Positions 38,347-51,730 of a stretch of DNA of 64,000 nt are shown here, piece by piece. Source of the stretch: Octopus sinensis (taxonomy: Eukaryota); NCBI RefSeq assembly GCF_006345805.1, contig NC_043006.1:68882001-68946000 (forward strand), given 5' to 3'. The stretch's first letter is position 1. Every line of letters starts with the position of its first letter. Both the position numbers and the translations under genes were made by a program. The notes below the pieces were generated by a model. The model saw nothing but the letters and a program-made list of their open reading frames with translations. It did not search any database and was not told where the DNA came from.

Positions 38347-38650
38347 GATGCTGGTGTATGTATGCAAATATTTATATTTATTGCTTGCTGCCACCATAAG
38401 TCTATAATCCTTTCATCATTATCGTCATCCTCCTCCTCCTCCTCATCATCATCATCATCATCACCATCACCATCATCATCATCATCATCATCATCACCAT
38501 CATCATCATCATCGTGTTTATTGTCGTCATGGTCGTCGAGAACTTGTAGTGAGGATGGTGATCTGCGGAGAAACGTGTATATATGTATATGTATATGGAT
38601 ATGTATATATATATATATATGTATATGTATATGTATATGTATGTATGTAT

Positions 38651-38692
<42 letters not shown>

Positions 38693-38703
38693 ATATATAT
38701 ATA

Positions 38704-38740
<37 letters not shown>

Positions 38741-39229
38741 GTTTGTGCGTATGTGTGTACATGTATGCATTTGTATTTAGATACATACAAATGTATGTGT
38801 TTACGTGTGTGTGTGTGTGTCAACGCTTTATCCGTTTTCACACGGCTATAAACTGTTCTTTTATAGTTTACCAAATATGTTATACATTTTATTTCATTAC
38901 TACCCCATCCTGGGTAATCTTGGGTGTTGTCTGTATGAGGGGCCCAAATGCATACCCATTAAAATATGTAGGGCGAGTATACATACACACACCCGTCTGC
39001 AAGTTGTTAGGGTATATTTGCTAGCAGACCACGGATTCATTTGTTTGTGAGTCTCCGTTTAAAGATCAAAATGTAAAAATATACCATAGAAAGCTATGGG
39101 CCCAATCATCTATATTTGCTGGATAACTTTCTAGTGTAGTTAGTACCTTGTCATGACTGTTAAATGTATCACCCGCTTCTCTTTCTAGGTGCATCATTTC
39201 TCTGTTGAGTTTCCTGTTAGTCATAAATC

Positions 39230-39480
39230 CTTTTAGTCTAATATGTAGGTTCCCCACTTGGACGGGACGCCGGTCCATCGCAGGTGAGCTGCAAGATGCA
39301 GGAGGAGTGAGAGAAAGTTGTGACGAAAGAGTCAGCAGAAGTTCGCCATTACCTTCTGCCGGAGCCGCGTGGAGATTAGGTGTTCCGCTCATAAACACAT
39401 ACATTGCCCGGTCCGAGATTCGAACCCGCGATCCCTCGACTGCGAGTCCGCTGCTCTAACCGCTAGGCCATGTGCCTCCA
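39230..39480 (-). mobile_element. SINE family C variant with V-domain-like segment
   Basis: Head reverse complement ggaggcacatggcctagcggttagagcagcggactcgc..gggttcgaatc; contains ctgcgatggaccggcgtcccgtcca. Confidence 0.8.
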
Positions 39481-39769
39481 CCTAGTCTAAATGAAAGTGA
39501 CCGATTACGGTCAACGGTCACTTTCACGATTACAGCCAACGATTGTAGTCAAAGCACAAGACAGCCATTATGCTCCCCAAAACTAAACACCACCAAGTAA
39601 ATTCTGTTGAGACTAGTAAAAAAAAATATGAACTTTTTTATTACACTTACCTTTCAAAAATATTTTAGATAAGGTTCGTTTTTTCAAGAAGAACCGAAAC
39701 ATATAAGATCTCTAAGAAAATTAAAATTTATCTTATATAGTGGCGTTTTCAAACTTCATATATATATAT

Positions 39770-39935
39770 ACAACGGGCTTATTTCAGTTTCCGTCTACCA
39801 AATCCACTCACAAGTCTTTGGTCGACCCGAGGTTATAGTAGAAGACACTTGCCCAAGGTGCCACGCTGTAGGACTAAACCCGGAACCATGTGGATGGTAA
39901 GCAAACTACTTACCACACAGCCACTCCTCCGCCTA
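39770..39935 (-). mobile_element. SINE family B, 5' half
   Basis: gggcttatttcagtttccgtctaccaaatccactcac...cttaccacacagccactcct. Confidence 0.85.
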
Positions 39936-40169
39936 TTGTTTACAAATTTTCGGAGGTTTTTTTTTTTTTTCTGGCGATTATTCTTCCTTAATACTCATCG
40001 TCTAGATCGAACACTTGACCAACTTTGTAACGTTTGTGTCTCTCAAAAACCAGTGTGAAAAAAACTTGTTTCTGCGGTGCTTTTCAGGCAAAGAATTGAC
40101 ATTGGGCTCGCTGAGTCCATCTCTTTGGGAATTATTTTGATGGGGGCTGGTGCCCGAATATGAGAATAT

Positions 40170-40340
40170 TGGCCATCTACTTGTTTCAGTCTTTGAACTG
40201 CGGCCATGCTGGGGCACCGCCTTGAAGGGTTATAGTCGAACGAATCAACCTTAGTATTTATTTTTAAGCCCGGTACTTTTTCGATAGGATGCTTTTTGGC
40301 GAACCGCTATCTCACTGAGGCGTAAACAAACCAACCAAGT
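40170..40340 (-). mobile_element. SINE family B, 3' part
   Basis: cttgtttcagtctttgaactgcggccatgctggggcaccgcc...ggcgaaccgcta. Confidence 0.7.
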
Positions 40341-40464
40341 TTCTGGAGTTTTATGTAAAATTTGATGCATCGTTACTCGAAATTGTCAGCCATTTTAAAA
40401 AGCACAGAACCGTTGCAACACAACGTTATAAAACCACGAGTAATAACAGAACACTAGTAAATAT

Positions 40465-40679
40465 TCTTTTCCGCTCTAGCCACAAGGCCCGAAATTTTGG
40501 GGGAGGGGGCCAGTCGATTAGATCGACCCCAGTACGCAACTGGTACTTAATTTATCGACCCAGAAAGGATGAAAGGCAAATTCGACTTCGGTGGAATTTG
40601 AACTTAGAGCGTAAAGACAGACGAAATGCTACTATGCATTTCGCCTAGTGTGCTAACGTTTCTGCCAGCTCACCACCTT
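40465..40679 (-). mobile_element. SINE family A, full length with 17-bp TSD
   Basis: agaacactagtaaatat at 40448-40464 and agaacaccagtaaatat at 40680-40696. Confidence 0.9.
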
Positions 40680-41011
40680 AGAACACCAGTAAATATGAAG
40701 ACTATTTGCGGGCTGACACAGTAGTTTGGATAGCAATGGCATTTCTATTGAACAGTAGTACTATCACAGCAAATGCGATCCTAATGCGTTCTGATAATTC
40801 TCTATTTCTCTCCCTCTCTCACACACACGCGCGCGTACATGTAACATTTAAAAAGAGTGTTTCTGAATGCATGAAATCAAAGATGTTCAGCTGAATGAAA
40901 TAACATACTCTGCATCATATATTGAGTGTTTTTATCCGTCTTCGTTGATAAAATGCAACAAAACTCGCCCTCCTACCTCATATGCATAGAGATAGATAAA
41001 CAGATAGATAG

Positions 41012-41046
<35 letters not shown>

Positions 41047-41125
41047 CATATATATATATATAATGAATCTATCTGTCTATCTCTGTATATATATGTGTGT
41101 GTATGTATATGTATGTATGTATATA

Positions 41126-41199
<74 letters not shown>

Positions 41200-41295
41200 G
41201 TATGTATATATATATATATCGATACACACAAACATAAACGCACACACACACATATATGTATGCACATACGCGCGCACACATAAATAGACAGACAT

Positions 41296-41336
<41 letters not shown>

Positions 41337-41842
41337 GAGAGAGAGAGAAAGAGAGAGAGAGAGAGGGAGGGAGAGAGCTACTGTATCGACTGGAGTTGAT
41401 AGATGTGTCTTGGTTTCTGGTTTGCCTGAAATCAAGTGGTATTGTGTTTCCTCAAAGAGGCTGAACTTCGTTTTACTGGTCAATGGCGGTTCTGTGTTTA
41501 TTTTTAGACCAGCAGCAGCACCATCAACCAGAGAACCACAGACTGAGCCATGGACACTATAATTACCCATTGATGGTTCTTCTCGTTGATTACTAAATAC
41601 ATGAATGGTTGAAAATGATAGTTTGAAGCACTAAATAGAGCAAAGTTTTTCCTTCTCCAGTTCAGTTTGATCAAGCTGAGAGAGCAACTGCATATATTCT
41701 TGCCGATAGATTGTGTAGGACTGTGAACTTGGAGGCAGCATGTTCGTGTTATACCAACGGTGCTCATCATTGAATATATAGTCTAGTGGTTCTCAACCGA
41801 GGTCCATATAGCCATTGCGTTATTTATTTATTTATGCGTACT

Positions 41843-42144
41843 TTTCAAGCCTAGTCAGGCTCATGAGCCCGGTTTCCCGGTTTCTGTGGCGTATGTGTCT
41901 CCCCCCCCCCACCAGCTAGACGGTACGCCTGTCCATCGCAGCGTTACTCAAGAAACAGGAAGGGAGAGTGAGAAAAAGTTGGGGCGAAAGAGTACAACAG
42001 GGGTCGCCACCACCCCCTGCCGGAGCCTCGTGGAGCTTTAGGTGTTTTCGCTCAATAATCACACACAACGCCCGGTCTGGGAATCGAAACCGCGATCCTC
42101 CGACTGCGAGTCCGCTGCCCTAACCACTGGGCCATTGCGCCTTC
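41843..42144 (-). mobile_element. SINE family C, tail type 2 (V-domain-like plus accgggaaaccgggctcatgagcc)
   Basis: Head and body match 1127-1320, then diverge to gagtaacgctgcgatggacaggcgtaccgtctagc. Confidence 0.9.
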
Positions 42145-42447
42145 ACTGACCTTTGCGTAAGAAAGGCTATTTAAGATTTTGTTGCTAAAACTGCTGGCAT
42201 TGTGCAAAGGTTTGCAACCAATATTATTAACAACATATAAATACATTATTACAAGAAACAGCAAACTCTTATTGTATGTTCCTACGTGGCAGCTTCGGAA
42301 GACTGCTTGGCTGAGTGTGGTTTAGATAGACATCGTGAGATAAGTATTGAAGTGGTTATGGGGAGGTATTCCTATGTGGCAACTTCCGGATTGTGTGGCC
42401 GAGTGATTTGAATTGACATCAAGAGGTAAATGCTAAACTGTTTATAT

Positions 42448-42690
42448 GGAGGCATATGGCTCAGTGGTTAGGGTCTTGGACTTATGACCGTAAAGTTGTG
42501 ATTTCGATTCCTGGACCGAGTGACGCGTTGTGTTCTTGAGCAAAATACTTCGTTTCGCATTGCTTCAGGTCACTCAGCCGGCAAAAATGACTAATCCTAC
42601 GACAGACCGGCGTCCCATCCAGGAGGTTAATATATACGTCACTGAAACCGGGAAACCGGTCCTATGGTTCTGTATGACTTGGAGAGGACC
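42448..42690 (+). mobile_element. SINE family D
   Basis: ggaggcatatggctcagtggttaggg..tttcgattcc..gttcttgagcaaaatac..cctacgacagaccggcgtcccatccagg..gaaaccgggaaaccgg. Confidence 0.8.
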
Positions 42691-44629
42691 TTCATTATTT
42701 TGTCATCCTAAACTGGTTATACTTCTAACTTACACAAAATGTTTTAACAATCATTTTATACGATTCCCAAACAATGTAAATGTCTGTGTTGTATTACATG
42801 AAGATATTTCGCTACTGTCCCTGCCACTTCCCCTCCCCAAGCTTTCAGTCATACTGTAACATCTCTTATCCTTCACTCGTCCAACGATGCAGGCTGTGTG
42901 TCGCCAAGTGATTGTAACAAACATGCGGATTAAAAGTAAATACTAATAAAAGTAACACTAATAATATCTAATAATAATAAATATGATAGGATTTTTTAAA
43001 CATCAAATGGCTATGAGGGTCCATTCGAGCAAAATAAGAATCAAAGGGGCTCCTTAGGTGAGAAATAGTTGAGGACCGCCGATATAGTCCATATATTTAA
43101 CGCTAGTTCTTTTGTCCGTCTGACTAAAAACTAGTTTTGTTGGTGATGTTTAGTCATGTTTGTTCTGAACTGGCATACCTATCATCTGAAGTTTTCCAGC
43201 TATGACCACCCTGTCTAAATCATCTACTGCGTATATCTTTCCTATTTGTTTTTCTTGGGTGGTATAGAGCAATTTGCTGTGAATTTCACTGATATTTCTA
43301 GCAGAGCGTCCGACTATGTGAGATCTCTATCTTGTGATTGTGTAGGTTGGTATCAGATGTAGGTGTGAAAACTTGTGATATGGTGAACGACAGACGCCCA
43401 AATGGCCAATTCTATCTGGCTGTATATTGGTACCACAGGAAAGAAACCACTTCTAGCTCTTAGTTGATGTGGTTTGAGATAAACAAAGGCGTTAACAACG
43501 ATTTCATTCTAACCAAAAAGTATCCAGTGTCGTTAATTAAAACAAACGGTTGTGAATCAGTTTTTCACTTGAATTAACAAACTTGGTACAAATGACTAGG
43601 CTAATTCGTTGCTTTCATCGATTAAGGCAACTCTTTCAGTAAGAGAAGTTAGTAGTGATGTATTGGTGCCCTATCCCAGGTCATTATGGATATTTACCTC
43701 TCTTTTGCTTGAAAATAGAAACGATCACCTGACCTTTGGAACAGTGTCTGAAAGGGACCAGCTATGAGGTGGGAGTGGTGAAGTCCTCGATTCATCTGTT
43801 TTTATCGTATTATCAGCAGTAACGTTTGATCGATGAAAAGAAGGTTAGCACTCCATGGCTAAGTTCACCTTGATATTCAAAGGTATCATGTGCAGTTCTG
43901 CGTTTAAATCTTCAGAGTGTAATGCCTGAGGTTAGTTGCATAAAACTTGTATTATGGAAGGTAATTATCCCTCACTGTATAAGCGTAATGTAACGACCCT
44001 CTTTCATTTTTCGGATGCAACCCATTTTGGCTTCTTTATGTCACTATATAACAAATTTACGAAACGACAGACATACCCATAAATATATGGGTATGCTATA
44101 CGTGTGTATGTGTGTGCCTTTATCGCATTATCATATATATGTATGTATGCATGTGTGTATGTGTGTCTGCATGTGTGTGTGTGTGTATATATGTATGTAT
44201 ATATGTATGTAAGCGCATGTGTATTTTCATAAGCTTCTACATATATCAGTTACTTATTAAGGCAAACTAAGTTTCACACGCACGCATACACACACACACA
44301 TACAAACACACGCACACACACCACATATGCGTGTATGCATATATGTGTGTGTATGTGTGTGTGTGTGTATGTACATATATACATATATGTGCGTATATAT
44401 ATGCATGCATTTAACGTTTTTATTAATCATTGGTATATTTTTGTTATTTTATTTTTAATATTTCTATTATATGTCATTTTCTAGATGGTGTAATTTAATT
44501 GTTCATTTTGAACTGATAAAAGGTGTTCTTTTCTAATTCTATATATATATATATTATATTTTGTGAAATTTAATTTAGTTTTTCTAAATTGAATTTTTCC
44601 CTGCAAGTTAGGAATAATATTCCCTCAAA

Positions 44630-44707
<78 letters not shown>

Positions 44708-44978
44708 TATATATAAGAATGTGGGTATGCATGAGAGTAATGTATAAACTATTTGTGCATATATTTGAAACACGCAGACATATTCATAAATGCACACAAA
44801 CACACACACACACACACACATACACATATGCAAATATATGCATACACACACAGACGCACACACACACACACACACATACATATATATATATACATGTATA
44901 TTTATATAACCCCAAACAAACAGATATATATGTGCGTGTCTGAGAGTGCGTGCGTGTGCACGTATATAAGTGAGTGAG

Positions 44979-45017
<39 letters not shown>

Positions 45018-45561
45018 GTGTGCGTGCGTGGGTATAATATATAATGAAGTGTTAGAGGATGTGATTTACGTTCAGACGATGACAGCCGATGTCGAAGGAG
45101 ACGGAGGGCAGTAAAATTATAGTTTTGACAGCCTGACCTTTGACTTATCTGCTATCGATTAAGGAGCAAAATATTCGGATTATCAGGCCCCACTTCATAA
45201 CGCCGGCACCTCAGTCTCTCTCTTTCTCTCTATCTCTCTTATTATCTACTTCGCTTTTACTTTTCATGCTTGGCATCCAGCCAGCAGTTTCTTTGGATCT
45301 TCCTGCTTTATAGAACCGAGGTTGAGCAGATCACGTTGGGAGTTAGTTTACACACACACACACACACACACACACTCGCATACATATATATGTATATTTA
45401 TGTGTATTGGGCTGGTATACTCTATCATTGTAGGGGTGGGGTGGGGATGTTGATGATGGTGCATAATCCAGACTAGCAGACGATGCTATGACCGGATGTA
45501 CATCGAAGTTTCATCAAACGTCTTGATTTAAATCTATCTGCCTATTATTATTATCATTATT

Positions 45562-45614
<53 letters not shown>

Positions 45615-45616
<2 letters not shown>

Positions 45617-45830
45617 GGCGGCGAGCTGGCAAAATCATTAGCACGCTGGACGAAATGCTTAGCGGTATTTCGTCCGTCTTTACGTTCCGAGTTCAAATTC
45701 CGCCGAGGTCGACTTTGCCTTTCACCCTTTGGGGATCGATAAATTAATTACCAGTGAAACACTGGGGTTGATGTTATCAACTCATCCACTCCCCCAAAAT
45801 GGTTGTGCTTGTAGCAAAATTTCAAATCAT
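45615..45830 (+). mobile_element. SINE family A in (TTA)n
   Basis: (tta)n aaggcggcgagctggc..gagttcaaattccgccgaggtcgactttgcctttc. Confidence 0.9.
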
Positions 45831-45849
45831 TATTATTATTTATTTATTT

Positions 45850-46068
45850 ATTGCCCACAGGGGACTAAACAAAGAGGGGACAAACAAGGACAGACAAATG
45901 GATTAAGTCGATTCCATCGATCCCAGTGCGTAACTGGTACTTATTTAATCGACCCCAAAAGGATGAAAGGCAAAGTCGACCTCGCCGGAATTTGAACTCA
46001 GAACGTAAAGACAGACGCAATACCACTAAGCACTTCGTCCGGCGTGCTAACGATTCTACCAGCTCACC

Positions 46069-46070
<2 letters not shown>
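45850..46070 (-). mobile_element. SINE family A, tail-to-tail with the previous copy
   Basis: Full length with gacaaacaaggacagacaaatgg tail, bounded by (TTA)n on both sides. Confidence 0.9.
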
Positions 46071-46136
<66 letters not shown>

Positions 46137-46160
46137 GTTGTTGTTGTTGTTGTTATTATT

Positions 46161-47044
46161 ATTACCTCCGCCTTAGCGGAGGCAGAGGTATTGTTTTTCT
46201 GTCGTGTTTGTTTGTTCGTAGACAATATATCTCAAGAACCTCTGGTTGGATTCGAATGAAACTTTCTGGGATGTTTGGCAAGGATTATAGATTATTTGTT
46301 GTAATTACTTTACTTTACGTAATTACGATCTTACGTTCACTTTCAAGTCTTTCTCAATTATCTCCCTTTAGGCTGTTTCCAAAGTTTATTTTCGATTCTC
46401 TATTATAAATTTTACACGCGTCTCTATCCTAGTAGAAACTGATGTATAAAGAAATCAAACTACATAAACAAATGGCAGCAAAACCGTTCAGGAATTAAAT
46501 AACAGTTACATATTTTTAAAATATATATGTATTATATATTATGCATACATATTAGCATCTTACAGTATACTTACATATATACACACATCTATACATCGAT
46601 CAAAAACAACAAGAATACTAAAAGAAGGCCAGAATTTAAGAGAAGAGAAAACCCAAAAGGTTTCGTGCTCAAAATTTTAAAAATTCCTGAGTAGAACTTA
46701 TCATCATTACCTCTGCCTTTAAAACTATTTTGAATGGTGAATTTGTTAACTTTGGCTTGTATTAGATAAGGATAAACTATTTATTACTGTTACTAAATTT
46801 TCTACAGCGACCTTCACATTCCATGACTACCATTAGGATCGATCAGGTACCGGACAAGGATTCTGGATTATTCTTCTGTTTTTTTTACTTAATTTTTGAG
46901 AGCGGTCAGATTCATTTTTAGTATTCTCGTTTGTGAGAGCAGTTGAGTTTACTTCAGATATTCTCATTTTAAAAATCATCTCTGGCTAATCGTTGAGAGG
47001 ATGTTGGTGTTGCTTTGGCGGAGGTTTGCGCTTTCTGAGTGCTC

Positions 47045-47047
<3 letters not shown>
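46161..47047 (+). mobile_element. Helentron/HINE (DINE-1-like) non-autonomous element, one interrupted copy or two partial copies
   Basis: 5' acctccgcc (46164-46172) within hairpin cctccgc-ctta-gcggagg, followed by (gttt)n. 3' inverted copy ggcggaggt (47017-47025), then a short hairpin gcgct-ttctg-agtgc. T-rich (TTA)n flanks. Confidence 0.55.
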
Positions 47048-47093
<46 letters not shown>

Positions 47094-47103
47094 CATCATC
47101 ATG

Positions 47104-47222
47104 AAGGCAGCGCACTAGCAGAATCGTTAGTACGCCGGGCGAAATGCTTCAGATTCTGCCAAAGACGACTTTACCTTTCATCCTTTGGGGGTCGATAAAT
47201 TAAGTACCAATGAAATACTGGA
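47104..47222 (+). mobile_element. SINE family A, internally deleted
   Basis: aaggcagcgcactagcagaatcgttagtacg..ctttcatcctttgggggtcgataaattaagtacc. Confidence 0.8.
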
Positions 47223-47399
47223 CATCGTCCACATGTACTGACCTGACTTTTCTGCGATCCGCTTCGAGGTGGATGCCTCTCAACTGATCCATTTTCCGCA
47301 GTTGTTGTCCGAGAGTCAGTGCATGTAAAAGTGTGATCTGAAGCGTTTCTAACCACTGTGCATTGAAGCGAACCAGCCCATGAAAACAATACCGAAACT

Positions 47400-48010
47400 G
47401 TCTACCATGACGACAGATGCCAAATAACGTGGTGGTTGGATGCATCAAGTGTGGGCGAGAAGTGGAAAGATGCGTGGATTGGGGTTGCTTGAGTGAAGGG
47501 AGGGATGATATCAGCCAGGTTCGGGAAACACAGAGGGTTGTGGAAATGTTAAAAAAAGACACAGAGAGGAGATAGCTTACTTGGAGATCAGAGGCTGAAG
47601 CTGGACTGCGAGTGATTGAATACTAATTAGTCGAGTGGGTCTTCTCTGGATGTGGTCCAATTTGTTTGTGTGGTTAGTAGGGGCACCATCCTAGATGTAT
47701 TTATGCATCAGCATGTGTTGACACTCTACAAAGGCTCCCAATGGTGAGTAGGGAATCACTTGAGCCTTGTAGAATGTCAATGTCTATTGGGAGTTGAAAT
47801 GAGTTCTAGCTCTGAACAGAAGGCTGAGTAACTGAGAAACAGTATTAGCTACGTTAAGAACATGATTCTTGCAGGAGAGATCCTTAGTGCTAGTGAGGTT
47901 GTGTCGACTTGTATGCTAGAAAATACTGGCTGTGAAGATTCTAAGAGCCACATATGTTTAGAGCTTTGTGGCACAGTGATGTTGTTAATAGGAGCAGTGG
48001 CTGAGTATTT
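47400..48010 (-). mobile_element. CR1/L2-clade LINE, decayed RT C-terminal region
   Basis: Minus strand LANTVSQLLSLLFRARTHF..TLTFYKAQV..YI*DGAP..KLDHIQRRPTRLISIQSL..LQPL..ISSLCLF. Confidence 0.75.
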
Positions 48011-48255
48011 TCCTTTATGTATGCTTGTATGCATGTATACATGCATGCGCATGCACGTAATGGGAAACAAAGCATATAAGTAATTCACAGACTCTGTAAG
48101 TCTAATTTTTTTCACTAAAGTGCTCAACGAATTATTAGGGCTACGTCATGCAGTCTATTGAGAAATTGGCCTCAAAGGAAAACATACATGCATACATACA
48201 TAATCGAAAGGAGTCAAATTCTGATACAAGGTGTAACAAAAACACGCCTGATATA

Positions 48256-48651
48256 CAGGGCCGGATTAAGACCCATAGTACTTAAAAGATTTGGTTCCCC
48301 CATATTCATGTAATTCAGAATATAAACAATAATAAACAATAAAATAAATATTTATTTTTCAAAATGAAACAAAATTAACAATGAGATGGAAAATAATGTT
48401 TATTTTGGCATACTTTCACAGTTTTCACCTTTTTTTAATTACAATGTTGTTGATCAAGTTTCCAAAATTAATCTTAGTATCACATCCGATAATTAATTTT
48501 CGGTCATATAAACTACTGCGAATATTATTTTATCAACTTTAAAGTGATTTCTTTTTGTGCCGTAAACCATTTACCATTTCTGTGTGGTGCCCCCCGTTCC
48601 CCTGATGCCCTAAGAACATGCTTATTTTATTTTATGGTTAATCCAGCGCTA
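48256..48651. mobile_element. hAT-type MITE (cagggccggattaa family)
   Basis: TIR cagggccggattaa / ttaatccagcgcta; TSD ctgatata / ctgatgta. Confidence 0.75.
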
Positions 48652-49915
48652 CTGATGTACAAACAGGTGTGGAATAACTACCGTATTTTTTTTCGACATA
48701 CAAGACGACATTTTTTTCTGACCAAGATTTACAGCCCCAAAAAGTTGCGTTGACTTGACCCAGAATTCCATGCGAAATGCATAAGAATTCGGAAAAATAG
48801 TGACTATGTTTGCTTGTTTACATAACATATTTACACTAAATACTATGACGACTCGTATGCTACAAAATACGATCAGGCAAAACTTGAGAGCAGAGATCTC
48901 GCACGCCCCGGCACACACACGGTGTAAAGGAAAAGCTACATTATCCAATATGCTTTGTTTTCAAAAAGCTACATTATCCAATATGCTTTGTTTTCATTTG
49001 CTGACAATTTGGCTGTTATGTCTGGCAGATGTGGCAACTGTATAGAGGTTCCCTGGTTAGTTGAACTTAATAGTAAATGTTTGGAGTATGTTGTAAGCCG
49101 AGTGTAATCTCTCCATCAATTACCAAGGTGCCCCGATGTCGCTACATTCAGTCGGAACAAACAAAGACAAACGGAAATCTGACGTTCTATGTTCTAATCA
49201 AACTTGGCAACCATCGTCAGGGGAACTATGTTGTGTGCATGCATATGTGTGTGAGTGTGCGTGTGTGTGTGCGTATGTATGTATGTATGTATGTGTGTGT
49301 GTGATGTATTTATCTGATGGATGTGTGTATATTACGTACCTTAGTACAAACACATATGTATATAATCGCTCAAATATGAACACAAACTCACACAGACATT
49401 CACACTTGCGCACACACTCACATGGATACTACACTTTGATCTTAACCATATTTATACGTAATATAAATATATGTATATATATTCTACCTCCGACTACATG
49501 CATACACCCAAACACATACCATACACACATACATATTTATATGCGTATGCACACACAGAAGCGCACACACATACACACACACACACACACACACATACAC
49601 ATATATATAATATATAATATATATATTTATATGCGTGTATATATATGCTTATATATATGCGTTTATATATACATATATAATATATATGCGTATATGCGTA
49701 TATATGTTGTATACATATATGTATGCATGCAAGAGAGACATGTACTTATATCGCGTGAGTGCAAGAATGTCTATACAGACACAAATAGAAATGAATTCAT
49801 GGAAAGCTCCCGACTTAAATAAGGAAGCCTTGACTCTTTGTTAAGGATTGGTTTGAATTCTAGGAAGGAATTGGTCTCAAAGGAAAACATACATACATAA
49901 ATGCACATGTGTACT

Positions 49916-49956
<41 letters not shown>

Positions 49957-50519
49957 TGTATGTATGTATGTATGTATGTAGTATGTATGTATGTATGCAT
50001 GTATGTATGTATGTATGTGTGTATGTATGTATGTATGTATGTATGTATGTATGTATGTATGTATGGGGTAGGTAGGGGTGTCTACATGAATAATGTTAAC
50101 AGATACTGACCAAAGACGGAAATCTGTAAATATGAGAGGGGTGGATTTTATAATCGATCGTATTTTATAATCGATCTCTATAGCTGATTGGTATATATTT
50201 TCTCGGACCCCGGAAGCATAAATAATTAGATTGACCAAGGAGTTATTTGAACCTGCCACGGCACCTCATCAGCCGTTCTTCCGTTTCTCTCTCTCTCTCT
50301 CTCTCTCTCTGTAACCATTCTTTACTTATAATGTTTCATATTACGGGCTTCAGACAATAGAAAGCAATAATTCTCTACCTGGTTGCTCACTCGCTAGAAA
50401 AAGGAGCCAAATATCCCTTATAACAAATCCTACCGTCTTAAAAAAGGAAAGGACACATTGGATGATGTAACCCAGATACACTATGTCTGGAATGCCTGTG
50501 ATCATATGTACCCTTTTAA

Positions 50520-50770
50520 TTGTTTACTTGCTTCAGTCTGCGGCCATGCTGGAGCACCGCCTTGAAAGGTTTTAGTCGAACGAATCGACCCCAGGACTTA
50601 TTTCTGAAGCCTAGTACTTATTCTATCGGTTCTTTTGCTGAACTGCTAAGTTACGGGGACGTAAACATACCAGCATCGATTGTCAAGCGTTGATGGGAAG
50701 ACAAAGACAGACACAGAGATACATACACACAAACACACACACATATATATACGACGGGCTTCTTTCTGCC
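50520..50770 (-). mobile_element. SINE family B, 3' two-thirds
   Basis: gcggccatgctggagcaccgcc...gacgggcttcttt. Confidence 0.85.
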
Positions 50771-50809
50771 AGCTCGTCGCCTTTCGGAATATATTTACTG
50801 TCTCGCCTA

Positions 50810-51730
50810 AGTAGATGTATTCTTTCACCTTCTCAGTTTCACCACTTCTCACTACCATTTGAACTTGTGCTACGTTGTATTTTATCTTGTGGTACATTTC
50901 TAATGTCTACAGCTGAACTCTAGCATGTTCTGCAGCTGATCCGAGGTTTCTGGAGTGAGCATGGTGTCATCTATGAATCAGAGGTGTGCCACTAGCTTCG
51001 CATTGATGTTGACTCTGTTTTTCCATCATTATCTCTGATGACCATTTCGAGATATGCATCGAAGAGTTTTGGAAAATGATATCGTATGGTGACAGAACTA
51101 TATCAGTGGCACGTCCCGTGTTCCCCCTATCAGAGAAGATTGATGTATGGCACCTCAACTTCTTGCACTCCCCAAAGACTAGAAGCTGCGTTAAACTGAA
51201 TATGTCGTCTACTGTGCTGTAGTTCTGAAACCCTATTTGTTTCGCCAGCTGTTGGTCGGCGAGTTGTTTCCTTCACCTGATGACTACGATTTTTCTAAAG
51301 AACTTGTAAAGGTGACACAAGAAAGATACTGGATTATAGGTTTTTTTTTATAAAACCAGATAGCATTCGACTACTTACACAGCGAAAGCATTTTTGTCTC
51401 TTTTCAATATCTACTGTAACATAAAAAAAGATAATTTTCTACAGTTGCTCTCCTCAACTCTTTAATATTTCCATTGTTACGCCATCCTTTGTTAGAGTTT
51501 TATCTCTCTTCATCAGTTTCAAAGCACTTTCAATTTCACAGACCAGCATGGTTGGCACTTCTACGAAAACTAATGTTTTTAAAGGAAATTATTTATAAAT
51601 CTCCTTCGCCTTTCTTCTGTCTATCATTGTGAGACCATCTTTGTTTTTGAGCGCATACAATTTATCTTTAAACTTTTCTTTTCTTGTGCATCTCACATAA
51701 GTTCATTCCGTCCATAATTCAGTCTCGCAC
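50810..51730 (-). mobile_element. RTE-clade LINE reverse-transcriptase remnant
   Basis: Minus strand pieces: YNPVSFLCHLYKFFRKIV, QIGFQNYSTVDDIFSL, L*FIDDTML (YADD-equivalent), EKVKEYIYLG. Confidence 0.75.

Larger units (their letters stand above)
41784..43081. mobile_element. hAT-type non-autonomous element enlarged by nested SINEs
   Basis: tagtggttctcaacc / agttgaggaccgccg termini; perfect TSD ATATAGTC at 41776-41783 and 43082-43089; the right end resembles the other hAT MITE right ends. Confidence 0.8.

Noticed and set aside
39492-39526. Perfect 12-bp inverted repeat tgaaagtgaccg/cggtcactttca next to a SINE head
   Set aside because: Too short and isolated to assign any function.
40932-41770. 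ORF starts [29 protein letters not shown]... and MMSTVGITRTCC... in unique-looking DNA
   Set aside because: No recognisable domain or convincing splice sites; the longer ORF runs straight into microsatellite.
43330-43900. Faint CR1-like RT motifs on the minus strand (VPK.., IHNDL)
   Set aside because: Only fragmentary matches; left uncalled.
48931-48996. Perfect 33-bp tandem duplication (and a 17-bp one near 50145-50177)
   Set aside because: Typical slippage duplications with no further structure.
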